From NCBI GenBank assembly GCA_045576075.1, contig JAZNFQ010000031.1, positions 4,257 to 36,256 on the forward strand: a stretch of DNA of 32,000 bases. The letters run 5' to 3'. The notes under the pieces were generated by a model, which was not told where the DNA came from, did no database searches, and saw nothing but the letters and a program-made list of their open reading frames with translations. The DNA comes from Clostridia bacterium. Its GTDB lineage: Bacteria > Bacillota > Clostridia > Monoglobales > Monoglobaceae. This document shows, one piece after another, positions 1-7,666 of the stretch. Position 1 is the first letter of the stretch. Every line of letters begins with the position of its first letter. Both the position numbers and the translations under genes were made by a program.

Positions 1-580
1 AATCATCAAACGTGATTTCGTCTTTGCTTGCAAGCGGATTATCAGCACTCATAATAAGAGAGTAGGTAAATTCTGTTACAAGCTCATATACAAAGCCCTT
101 TTCTTCAAGCATTGCCTCAAAATACTTGTCATAATTTCCTGCATACCTAATAATTCCGAGCTTATAATCGTGATTGAGCATATTGTGAATAGTACGCTGG
201 GAATTTGTTTCTTTATAGAAAATCTCGGCAGGGTCATCCGTGAGTGTTTTTGAGAATTCGGCAAATGCGTCTGATATATAACAGGCACGGGGAACAGAGA
301 CCGAAAATCTTTGCTTGTCGGGGGCTCCGTCTTTGTAATATTTTTCAACCTGCTCAATCTGACCCAAAATACCTTTGGCAAAATTCATAAATTCCTCGCC
401 CTCGGGGGTCAGGCTCATACCTTTTGCTGTTCGGTCAAAAATAATTATACCTAAATCAGACTCCAGCTCTTTAATTGAGCGGCTGATATTGGGGACCGCA
501 ATAAGCAAAGCCTTCGAGGCCTTGCCAAGTGAGCCTGCCTTTGCAACCTCAACCGCATATTTCATATGCAATATATTCAT
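1..580 (-). CDS. LysR-family transcriptional regulator (partial; C-terminus runs off the left edge)
   Basis: This gene is not in the supplied ORF track because it is truncated by the window edge. My manual translation of the minus strand from ATG at 580-578 gives MNILHMKYAVEVAKAGSLGKASKALLIAVPNISRSIKELESDLGIIIFDRTAKGMSLTPEGEEF.... That is a typical LysR N-terminal wHTH followed by the start of a substrate-binding domain. The frame stays open to position 2. Confidence 0.85.
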   Translation of the reverse strand, partial: MNILHMKYAVEVAKAGSLGKASKALLIAVPNISRSIKELESDLGIIIFDRTAKGMSLTPEGEEFMNFAKGILGQIEQVEKYYKDGAPDKQRFSVSVPRACYISDAFAEFSKTLTDDPAEIFYKETNSQRTIHNMLNHDYKLGIIRYAGNYDKYFEAMLEEKGFVYELVTEFTYSLIMSADNPLASKDEITFDD

Positions 581-656
581 AACAGCACCTGTCTTTCTGT
601 TTGTTGATTCCGTAAGGTTATTGTACCACAAATCACCGTGCAGTTCAACAGGAAGA

Positions 657-685
657 TTGACGAAAGTGAATTATTACTTTATAAT
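657..685 (+). promoter_or_regulatory. Sigma-A type promoter for xth
   Basis: TTGACG (657-662), a 17-nt spacer, then TATAAT (680-685). It lies about 30 nt upstream of the AAGGAGA SD and the ATG at 716. Confidence 0.6.
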
Positions 686-715
686 ATCATAGAATAAGTC
701 AGAAAGGAGATTATT

Positions 716-1471
716 ATGACAAAGCTTATTTCGTGGAATGTGAACGGGCTTCGCGCTGTTCTTACAAAGGGATTTGAAGAAATTTTCAGCTCTTTGTCTG
801 CAGACGTTTTTTGCCTTCAGGAAATAAAGCTCAAAGAGGGGCAGACAGACTTTTGCCCTGAGGGCTATTTTGCATATTGGAATTATGCCGAAAAGGCGGG
901 ATACTCGGGAACGGCTCTCTTTTCCAAAATTGAGCCGATTTCGGTAAGCTACGGCATCGGAAAGGAAGAACACGACACAGAGGGCAGAGTGATTACGGCA
1001 GAATTTGAAGATTATTTTGTTGTTACCTGCTATACCCCGAATTCTCAGGAGGGGCTAAAGCGTCTTGATTATCGTATGAGCTGGGAGGATGATTTCCGCG
1101 ATTATCTAAAGGGGCTTGATACAAAGAAGCCTGTGATTTTGTGCGGTGATTTAAATGTTGCGCACAGCGAAATTGACCTCAAGAACCCCAAGACTAACCG
1201 CAAAAATGCGGGATTTTCGGATGAGGAGCGGGCAAAGATGACAGAGCTTCTTGCCTCGGGCTTTGTTGATACCTTCAGGCATTTCTATCCCGATAAGGAG
1301 GGAGAATATTCGTGGTGGTCATACAGGTTTCACGCAAGAGAAAAAAATGCGGGCTGGCGTATTGACTATTTTATCGTATCCGAGGCTCTTAAAGACAGAC
1401 TTGAGTCTGCCTCCATACATCAGGAGATTTTTGGCTCTGACCATTGCCCCATCGAGCTGATTTTGAGGTGA
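716..1471 (+). CDS. xth: Exodeoxyribonuclease III (AP endonuclease, EEP family)
   Basis: 251 aa. The N-terminus reads [14 protein letters not shown]. It carries the CLQE, GDLNVA and C-terminal SDHCP motifs typical of ExoIII/Xth. A strong SD (AAGGAGA) precedes the start. Confidence 0.95.
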   Translation: MTKLISWNVNGLRAVLTKGFEEIFSSLSADVFCLQEIKLKEGQTDFCPEGYFAYWNYAEKAGYSGTALFSKIEPISVSYGIGKEEHDTEGRVITAEFEDYFVVTCYTPNSQEGLKRLDYRMSWEDDFRDYLKGLDTKKPVILCGDLNVAHSEIDLKNPKTNRKNAGFSDEERAKMTELLASGFVDTFRHFYPDKEGEYSWWSYRFHAREKNAGWRIDYFIVSEALKDRLESASIHQEIFGSDHCPIELILR

Positions 1472-1489
1472 AATGTCGCAAAATCCGCC

Positions 1490-1518
1490 TTGACATTAAA
1501 GGAAAAATGTTGTATTAT
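1490..1518 (+). promoter_or_regulatory. Sigma-A type promoter for mreB
   Basis: TTGACA (1490-1495), a 17-nt spacer, then TATTAT (1513-1518). Confidence 0.55.
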
Positions 1519-1523
1519 ATTCT

Positions 1524-1545
1524 TTGTAACATAATTGTAACATAA
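1524..1545 (+). repeat. Tandem direct repeat, 2 x 11 bp (TTGTAACATAA TTGTAACATAA), in the mreB leader
   Basis: Read directly from the sequence at 1524-1534 and 1535-1545. It sits immediately downstream of the candidate -10. Confidence 0.9.
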
Positions 1546-1581
1546 CGCGTTAATTGATATAGAGAATAAAAGGAGATTATT

Positions 1582-2610
1582 ATGTTTGGACAGGATATAG
1601 GTATAGATTTAGGTACGGCATCTATTTTGGTGTACGTAAAGGGCAGAGGCATTATTGCCAAGGAGCCGTCCGTTGTTGCTATCGACAAGAATACCAACCG
1701 CTTGCTTGCGGTGGGTGCAGAGGCACAGCAGATGCTTGGCAGAACTCCGGGGAATATTGTTGCTGTCCGTCCTATGAGAAACGGCGTGATTTCCGACTAT
1801 ACCGTGACAGAGCGTATGCTCAAATATTTCATTCAAAGAGCTACAAAGGGCGGGATTATGTCTGCGCTCTTTAAACCGCGTGTTGTTATCTGCGTTCCGA
1901 GCGGTGTGACCGAGGTGGAAGAGCGCGCGGTAATAGACGCGGGTATGCAGGCAGGCGCAGGGCGTGTTCATTTGATAGAAGAGCCCCTGGCGGCGGCAAT
2001 CGGTGTTGGTATCGATATATCCCAGCCGTGCGGAAGTATGGTTGTTGATATTGGTGGCGGTACAAGTGATATTGCGGTTATTTCTCTCGGTGGTATTGTG
2101 CACAGCGAGTCTATTAAGGTTGCAGGCGATACCTTTGATGAGGCGATAATCAGATACATACGCAGGAAATATAATATCCTTATAGGAGAGAGAACGGCAG
2201 AGGATTTAAAAATAAAGCTCGGCTGCGTAGTCAAGAGGGATAAGCTTCTTGCGATGGATATAAGGGGAAGAAGTCTTGTTTCGGGTCTTCCTAAAACTCT
2301 TCAGGTTACATCTGATGAGATGTATGAGGCTTTGTCAGAAACCTCGGCAACAATTGTTGACTCTGTCAAGAGTGTGCTTGAGGATACCCCGCCAGAGCTT
2401 GTGGGCGACATAAGCGCAAGGGGCATAATTTTGACAGGCGGCGGGTCGCTGATATATGGAATGAGCAGACTTATACAAAATGAAACAGGAATAAAAACAA
2501 TAATCGCGGAGGGCGCAGAGGAATGTGTCGCCCTTGGCACAGGCAAGGCACTTGATAATCTTGAGCTTTTGCGCAGCTATAACGCGGGCGAGCATCGCCG
2601 CAGTATGTAA
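1582..2610 (+). CDS. mreB: Rod shape-determining protein MreB (actin-like ATPase)
   Basis: 342 aa. The N-terminus reads GIDLGTASILVY. The VVDIGGGTSD and ILTGGGS phosphate-binding motifs are present. Confidence 0.95.
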   Translation: MFGQDIGIDLGTASILVYVKGRGIIAKEPSVVAIDKNTNRLLAVGAEAQQMLGRTPGNIVAVRPMRNGVISDYTVTERMLKYFIQRATKGGIMSALFKPRVVICVPSGVTEVEERAVIDAGMQAGAGRVHLIEEPLAAAIGVGIDISQPCGSMVVDIGGGTSDIAVISLGGIVHSESIKVAGDTFDEAIIRYIRRKYNILIGERTAEDLKIKLGCVVKRDKLLAMDIRGRSLVSGLPKTLQVTSDEMYEALSETSATIVDSVKSVLEDTPPELVGDISARGIILTGGGSLIYGMSRLIQNETGIKTIIAEGAEECVALGTGKALDNLELLRSYNAGEHRRSM

Positions 2611-2624
2611 TTGGAGGTAATAAT

Positions 2625-2924
2625 ATGATAAAACACATTATAATCTGGAGCTTTAAAGAGGATATGACCGAAGAAGAAAAGGCATTTGCGTCAAATAAAA
2701 TAAAGACAGAGCTTGAAGACCTTAAGGGCAAGATTGACGGATTGATTGATATAAAGGTCGAGGTAGAGCATTTGGCGTCGTCTACGGGCGATTTGCTCCT
2801 TGACAGCTCGTTTGAGAGCGAAGAGGCTCTTATGGGATACCAGAAAAACCCCGAGCATTTAAAGGCGGCAAATTATGTCCGCTCGGTAGTGGGAGTTCGC
2901 CGAAGCTTTGATTACGAAATATAA
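2625..2924 (+). CDS. Dabb-family (stress-responsive dimeric alpha-beta barrel) protein
   Basis: 99 aa, starting MIKHIIIWSFKEDMTEEEK..., with a C-terminal region reading HLKAANYVRSVV.... Size and pattern fit a Dabb domain. The SD is GGAGG. Confidence 0.75.
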   Translation: MIKHIIIWSFKEDMTEEEKAFASNKIKTELEDLKGKIDGLIDIKVEVEHLASSTGDLLLDSSFESEEALMGYQKNPEHLKAANYVRSVVGVRRSFDYEI

Positions 2925-2930
2925 ATAAAT

Positions 2931-2959
2931 AAAACAGGGTTGCATTGCAACCCTGTTTT
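2931..2959. terminator. Bidirectional intrinsic terminator between the convergent Dabb and M14 genes
   Basis: AAAACAGGGTTGCA (2931-2944) pairs perfectly with TGCAACCCTGTTTT (2946-2959). T-runs follow on both strands. Confidence 0.8.
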
Positions 2960-3769
2960 CTATTTTAAGCCCTCGAGCAAAATCGGCAAAACTCCTGCGT
3001 AAACCTCATCGAACGCAGAGAGGGGCAGAGGATTTTCGCCAAGCCCGATTTCGACTGTAAAGCCGGGCTTTTTAAACTGTTTGATAAACCAATCCTTAAA
3101 GCCTCCGTAAGCAGAAATTCCGCTTGGCATATCTCTGCGGTATTCGGAAACTTTTTCAAAACGAGCGAGATAATTTTCTGTCCCGCTTGGGACACTTCCG
3201 CAGAAATCATAGTATATAACCTCGCCCTGACTGTGCAGGGCTATAACCATATCAAATTTATTTTGCCTTGTAAAGTTTGCAACGGCGCGGCTTTCGGGCT
3301 CTGATTCGGGATATTCTCCGCCAAAGCGCGTGGGGCCGGGCTCTGTAATTCCGTTTGATGCCTCAAGGCTTTTAGACAGCTGCCACATTGCATCGTAGTT
3401 GTGGTTTAGGTCAACTCCGCGCGCATTTGCCTGCCAGAGATTTCCGTCGGCTGCAAGGCGCACTCCGTCAGGGTTTACCATTGGGACGATATACAGACTT
3501 ACACCATTTAGGAGCTCGTTTGCATTATGCTCCCCTGAAGCAAGGTCTGATGCAAGCTTAAATAACACCTTTGCGGTCAGCCACTCCATCCCGTGATGTG
3601 CACCGCTGTAAAAAATCCGTCTTGTGCCGCAGCCAAGCTTTATCGCAAGGAGCGAGCGCCCCTCTACGCTCTCTCCGATGGAAAAGACGGGGATATCCCG
3701 ATACAGCTTTTTAAATTCTGCAATATCAGACCACAGATGGTCATATGTGTATGCTTGATTATCTGACAA
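2960..3769 (-). CDS. M14-family zinc carboxypeptidase-like peptidase (gamma-D-glutamyl-diamino-acid peptidase type), no signal peptide
   Basis: 269 aa. It has the HxxE zinc motif (AHHGMEW), the NPDG motif (MVNPDGV) and a downstream ALHSQG histidine. The only available start is TTG at 3769, with a weak SD, so the start is uncertain. Confidence 0.78.
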   Translation of the reverse strand: MSDNQAYTYDHLWSDIAEFKKLYRDIPVFSIGESVEGRSLLAIKLGCGTRRIFYSGAHHGMEWLTAKVLFKLASDLASGEHNANELLNGVSLYIVPMVNPDGVRLAADGNLWQANARGVDLNHNYDAMWQLSKSLEASNGITEPGPTRFGGEYPESEPESRAVANFTRQNKFDMVIALHSQGEVIYYDFCGSVPSGTENYLARFEKVSEYRRDMPSGISAYGGFKDWFIKQFKKPGFTVEIGLGENPLPLSAFDEVYAGVLPILLEGLK

Positions 3770-3773
3770 AACA

Positions 3774-3821
3774 AAAACCGCCTTTCATATATATCTAATA
3801 TATATATGTATGAGCGGTTTT
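3774..3821 (-). terminator. Putative intrinsic terminator after the DnaI/DnaC-like gene
   Basis: On the minus strand, AAAACCGC pairs with GCGGTTTT around an AT-rich, internally pairing loop, and TGTTTTG follows. The stem is imperfect. Confidence 0.45.
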
Positions 3822-3852
3822 ATTTATCTTATTACAAATTTGTATGCGATAT

Positions 3853-4827
3853 TTACTTTTTAAGCCTCCGCAGGTCACCGCCCACAAAGGCAAGAACGTC
3901 AAACGAGCCTGTAATCCTCGATGCCATACGCCCGCCGTAGATGTCCTCGATTTTTGACGGACCCAAGTTAGAGGATATTACCGTACTCTTTCCTTTGAGA
4001 AGTCTTGAATTTATGATATCAAACAATGCCGCAGACGAATATCCGCTTACAAATTCCGTTCCCATATCATCTATTATAAGCAAATCAACATCATAGGCAT
4101 ATTTTGAGGCGTACTCCGCGCTTGTTTCCTCATCCTCGTCAAAACGCCCGAATTTCAGCTTTTCCAATGTGTCAAGAAGCTGAAAAGCGGATTGATAGTA
4201 CACCGAAAAGCCCCTCTCGAGAGCCTTGTTTGCAATACAGGATGAAAGATAGGTCTTCCCTGTGCCCGCACTTCCGTACATAAAAAGATTTGATTTATTT
4301 TCATCAAAGGTTGTTGCAAAATCGAGGCCCTTGTCATAAATTTTTTTGGCAATCGCAAGTGCAGAATGACCCTTTATGTCAGGGAGCTTTTCAAACATTG
4401 CAAAATCAAAATTCTCAAAGCTTTGCCCGCGCATAGCCGAGGTCAGGTTTGAGTTTGAGCCGATATGCTTTGAAATCATATTTTTCAGGCATTCACAGCG
4501 CGCGCCGTTTTTGTCAAAGCCTGTGTCACGGCACTTATTGCAGGAATAGATTTCGTCGAGATAGTCTTCGGGAAGAGAGAGCTGTTTTAAAATTTTTGCC
4601 TTTTCGCTTTGCGCGGCTTCTATATGACTGCGGATTGCAGAAATGTCACTTGTCCCGCCCAAAACACATTTAGCGAGGGCAACTCCGCCCGCGGCAAGCT
4701 TTGCCTCAACCTCTGCAAATTGGGGCGCGGCAAGACGCACCTCTGCTTCACGTCGGCGAAGCTCCTCTTTATTTTTTCTCCGAATTTCTGAAATTTCCGT
4801 ATTTGCAAGAGAGTATGCAGATTCCAC
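3853..4827 (-). CDS. dnaC: Replicative helicase loader, DnaI/DnaC-like AAA+ ATPase (IstB-like ATP-binding)
   Basis: Walker A is YGSAGTGKTY and Walker B is LLIIDDMGTE. An N-terminal Cys cluster (CNKCRDTG...CEC) matches the DnaI zinc-binding domain. I prefer GTG at 4827, which lies 7 nt after GAGGTG, over the track start TTG at 4833, which lies only 1 nt after the SD. Confidence 0.85.
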   Translation of the reverse strand: MESAYSLANTEISEIRRKNKEELRRREAEVRLAAPQFAEVEAKLAAGGVALAKCVLGGTSDISAIRSHIEAAQSEKAKILKQLSLPEDYLDEIYSCNKCRDTGFDKNGARCECLKNMISKHIGSNSNLTSAMRGQSFENFDFAMFEKLPDIKGHSALAIAKKIYDKGLDFATTFDENKSNLFMYGSAGTGKTYLSSCIANKALERGFSVYYQSAFQLLDTLEKLKFGRFDEDEETSAEYASKYAYDVDLLIIDDMGTEFVSGYSSAALFDIINSRLLKGKSTVISSNLGPSKIEDIYGGRMASRITGSFDVLAFVGGDLRRLKK

Positions 4828-4850
4828 AGTCAATCACCTCTTTTAAGTTA

Positions 4851-5855
4851 TTATACGCCCGTTTCGTCGAGCATCATTTTAAGAATTTCTTCTTCTAATT
4901 CTTTATAGTCGGATTTGTTATCATCATCATAGTTGTTAAGCTTGCTTTTCTTGGTTTTTTCGCTGGGTTTTCTCCCGCCCCCGCGATAGAATTCCTCGTC
5001 TGCGGCCTTGACTTGGGCAACTGTTGTATATCCGTTTGCAATCCAGCTACCGAGAAGCTTATCCATATAGCTCCAGCTGAGCTTGCCCGTATATGTAACT
5101 GTTTTGTCATAGGCAATAGAGATAAGCTCTGTCGGGATTTTCAGCTCGTCTGTCCAGAGACGGATATATTTTTTCTCGGTTGTTGTGAGGGCGCGGTCAT
5201 AAATGCCGAGAATGGAGCGCACAGCGTTTTCTGCGCGGTCAACCGCCTCAAGCTCGGTAACGTATGCCTCTGCCGCCTCGTATGTATCTATCCCCTTGTC
5301 TGCCCAGTCAATCGCCACTGTTTCAAGATATCGCTTGGTGGTCTTACCCTTTTTTGCGGCGTAGGAGAGAAGCATCATTATAACCTCAACGGGAAGCCCG
5401 AGCCAGTCATTAAAGGAAAAGAGCATTTCCATCTCCGACGCTGTCAATACCTTGCCGAGTATGGTTTCGGATTGGTAGAAAAGACCCGAAATCTGTTTGT
5501 TTTGGGTCGCAACCATATTGATTTCCTGTTGCGAGTACGAGGGCTTGCTGGAGAGAATTCTCTTGATTTTCTGCGGCTTGGTGTCAGCAGATGTTTTTGA
5601 ACTATTACGGCTCTTGTTCAGGGAATAACCGCCCTCTAGAGAGATAAATTCGTTTCGGCTTGCCCAATATTCAAATATAAATTCTGCCTTCCCTGAGGAT
5701 ATGTCAAGCGCCGACGCAACCTCGTCAGCAGAGGGGAATACCCCGTCCGCTTCAACGCGGTAGCAGACATACAAATAAACCTGAATATATTCGGGCTTGG
5801 TAAATCTTACATATTTATCTATAAAATCAAATGAAATTGAAACATTCCCGCTCAT
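4851..5855 (-). CDS. DnaD-domain replication initiation protein (B. subtilis DnaB/DnaD family, two DnaD-like C-terminal repeats)
   Basis: 334 aa. It contains two DnaB_2/DDBH2-like segments. The first reads MEMLFSFNDWLGLPVEVIMMLLSYAAKKGKTTKRYLETVAIDWADKGIDT. The second reads YIRLWTDELKIPTELISIAYDKTV...MDKLLGSWIANGYTT. The gene sits directly upstream of the loader, as in the B. subtilis dnaB-dnaI pair. Confidence 0.8.
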   Translation of the reverse strand: MSGNVSISFDFIDKYVRFTKPEYIQVYLYVCYRVEADGVFPSADEVASALDISSGKAEFIFEYWASRNEFISLEGGYSLNKSRNSSKTSADTKPQKIKRILSSKPSYSQQEINMVATQNKQISGLFYQSETILGKVLTASEMEMLFSFNDWLGLPVEVIMMLLSYAAKKGKTTKRYLETVAIDWADKGIDTYEAAEAYVTELEAVDRAENAVRSILGIYDRALTTTEKKYIRLWTDELKIPTELISIAYDKTVTYTGKLSWSYMDKLLGSWIANGYTTVAQVKAADEEFYRGGGRKPSEKTKKSKLNNYDDDNKSDYKELEEEILKMMLDETGV

Positions 5856-5922
5856 TTGTATATCCTTTCTTTAAGCTCGTGTCAAGTAATGAAACAAGCA
5901 TATCTGCATAAACTATAAAAAT

Positions 5923-6702
5923 TTAGCTTGTAACAATTATTATAATCTTAAAAGTTTTTGAATCCACATCGTTGCTAAACGTGGCCACCGTAACACCTTC
6001 GTGATTAGGCTCAACAGTCATCTTGGTAGAGGTTTTCCACGAATCATTATCAAAAGAAACCCTGGCAGCGTAGCCGGAATAAGAAACAGACACGTGGCCA
6101 CTATTTGGCCAGTTAGCTGTAAGTGTAAACTTTCTATTCGTCTCATTTTCATCTACTACAATTATGCTCTCGCTAGCCATGAAATTGTTTGAAGCATATC
6201 CAATATTTCCATTACTTAGTTCTTTGCAAATCGTATCGTAGTAACTACTTTTTTCTTCAAGTGAGGAAATTTTGCCTTTTTGAGAGGAAACTGTACGCTT
6301 TTGAGATGATACAGTTCCAGCAAGATTTTCTATTTCTACAAGTTGAACAATATTCAAAATTACGGATGTCACCATTACAATAGACAAAATCAACACCGTA
6401 GTCAAAAACTTATTGAATTTTACGCCTTTAAAATATTGTTTTCCGCAACCAACGCATTTTTTGCTTTGTGCATCAATTTGACCACCGCAAAACTTGCAAA
6501 ATCTAACTTTTGATTTTTTCGCTTTTTTGTTTTCTTTCAAATTCTTAACAGCTTCTTCTGTCTGAATTTTAATAACAGGATTTAATTCTTCTTTTGGCGT
6601 TGCATTTTCTTGAATTGATGTTTGTTTTTCTATTCTTTTACCGCAATACTGGCAAAACTCACTATCGTCAGGCAAAAGATGTCCGCAATTATAGCACGTC
6701 AT
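5923..6702 (-). CDS. Hypothetical membrane protein D: two N-terminal zinc ribbons, one TM segment, and a beta-rich extracytoplasmic C-terminal domain
   Basis: 259 aa. The two ribbons are CYNCGHLLPDDSEFCQYC (DNA 6643-6696) and CKFCGGQIDAQSKKCVGC (DNA 6445-6498). A Lys-rich linker follows. The TM segment is FLTTVLILSIVMVTSVILNIVQL. A short TVSSQK repeat follows, then about 115 aa of beta-rich sequence. The start overlaps the end of the upstream gene by 14 nt. Confidence 0.75.
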   Translation of the reverse strand: MTCYNCGHLLPDDSEFCQYCGKRIEKQTSIQENATPKEELNPVIKIQTEEAVKNLKENKKAKKSKVRFCKFCGGQIDAQSKKCVGCGKQYFKGVKFNKFLTTVLILSIVMVTSVILNIVQLVEIENLAGTVSSQKRTVSSQKGKISSLEEKSSYYDTICKELSNGNIGYASNNFMASESIIVVDENETNRKFTLTANWPNSGHVSVSYSGYAARVSFDNDSWKTSTKMTVEPNHEGVTVATFSNDVDSKTFKIIIIVTS

Positions 6703-7345
6703 TTTGATTCATCTCCGTATTTGCAAGGATTTTTGTACCGCATTGACTGCAAAACTCACTGTCATTTACTAATTCAAATCCACATTTCCTGCAAAACTTA
6801 ACTTGGTTTGGATTTTCGGTTTGCTCATTGCTATCGTCACTATACGCATATGTGCCCTGATTGAAATTGTCAAACAGATGAATACGTTTTTTCCAATATT
6901 TATATTCTAATGCAAAGAATATTCCATAAGCAATTAATTCGCCAAGGTTTTGCGAAAAGGTATCTTCGTCAAATCCTAAAAGAAGAAGAATTGCTACAAA
7001 CACAACAACCTGGCTTAAATATTGAATTATAAAGTAATATTGCACTCCTTTTTTATTAAAGTGCGCAAGCCAATGTCTTGTCAGTATTGTGCCTACTATT
7101 AAAATCGTATCCAATGCGATTGCAAAACAAAGATATACCGATATATTCCAACTAACTCCCCATAAATCGGCATAATTCATTGGAACGCTTGCTATATCAG
7201 ACAAAAGTCTGATTATGCCAGCAAACAGCCTGAAGTATATATTGAACTTATACCATTTCATACCCAAGCCTTCCATAGCTGCGATATTGTACTTGTGATT
7301 ACGCAATATAGTTAATTCTGAACGTTTGTTGTTTTTACTTGACAT
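6689..7345 (-). CDS. Hypothetical polytopic membrane protein C with a C-terminal zinc ribbon
   Basis: 218 aa with about four hydrophobic segments. The C-terminal ribbon reads KFCRKCGFELVNDSEFCSQCGTK. The SD GAGGAG lies inside the last codons of the upstream gene. Confidence 0.75.
   Translation of the reverse strand: MSSKNNKRSELTILRNHKYNIAAMEGLGMKWYKFNIYFRLFAGIIRLLSDIASVPMNYADLWGVSWNISVYLCFAIALDTILIVGTILTRHWLAHFNKKGVQYYFIIQYLSQVVVFVAILLLLGFDEDTFSQNLGELIAYGIFFALEYKYWKKRIHLFDNFNQGTYAYSDDSNEQTENPNQVKFCRKCGFELVNDSEFCSQCGTKILANTEMNQNDVL
6731..6799 (-). repeat. 69-bp exact repeat, copy 1 (encodes the zinc ribbon of protein C)
   Basis: TTTTGTACCGCATTGACTGCAAAACTCACTGTCATTTACTAATTCAAATCCACATTTCCTGCAAAACTT. 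It is identical base for base to 7367-7435. Confidence 0.97.
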
Positions 7346-7348
7346 TTT

Positions 7349-7663
7349 CTAATTCTCCTCGTAAACTTTTGTACCGCATTGACTGCAAAACTCACTGTCA
7401 TTTACTAATTCAAATCCACATTTCCTGCAAAACTTGATTTTATCCTTTTTGACATTTTGATTATCAGTCGGTGATTTATCATTTTGTGGGTTTTTCACCT
7501 GGTTATACTCGTCCCACTTTCTGCACAGGAAAAATGCTAATGATAGAGTTGCAAAAGTTAAAAACGCAGTGGGAATTCCTCCTAGAATAATTCCATTCTC
7601 TTTTATAACTGCTGTTATTATTGCATTTACTAAAATACATAAAAACCAAATTAAAACTTTCAT
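7349..7663 (-). CDS. Hypothetical small membrane protein B (two TM segments) with a C-terminal zinc ribbon
   Basis: 104 aa with two hydrophobic segments. The ribbon KFCRKCGFELVNDSEFCSQCGTK is identical to that of protein C. The protein ends VYEEN. Confidence 0.75.
   Translation of the reverse strand: MKVLIWFLCILVNAIITAVIKENGIILGGIPTAFLTFATLSLAFFLCRKWDEYNQVKNPQNDKSPTDNQNVKKDKIKFCRKCGFELVNDSEFCSQCGTKVYEEN
7367..7435 (-). repeat. 69-bp exact repeat, copy 2 (encodes the zinc ribbon of protein B)
   Basis: Identical to 6731-6799. The flanking bases differ on both sides (T/C at 6730/7366 and A/G at 6800/7436). Confidence 0.97.
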
Positions 7664-7666
7664 TTT

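Noticed and set aside
701-1584. An identical 16-nt translation-initiation string, AAAGGAGATTATTATG, in front of both xth (703-718) and mreB (1569-1584)
   Set aside because: It is short and consists of a consensus SD plus an AT-rich spacer. This is most simply a convergent optimal RBS rather than a repeat element.
5013-5600. A 195-aa plus-strand ORF inside the DnaD-domain gene. The 164-aa minus-strand ORF at 1609-2103 inside mreB is the same kind of case.
   Set aside because: Both are Cys-rich shadow frames of well-supported genes on the opposite strand.
3853-5855. The DnaD/DnaC-like pair as a prophage or ICE replication module
   Set aside because: There is no integrase, recombinase, repressor, structural or transfer gene nearby. 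The G+C content looks like that of the flanking core genes. The two-repeat DnaD architecture plus a zinc-domain loader matches the chromosomal B. subtilis dnaB-dnaI type.
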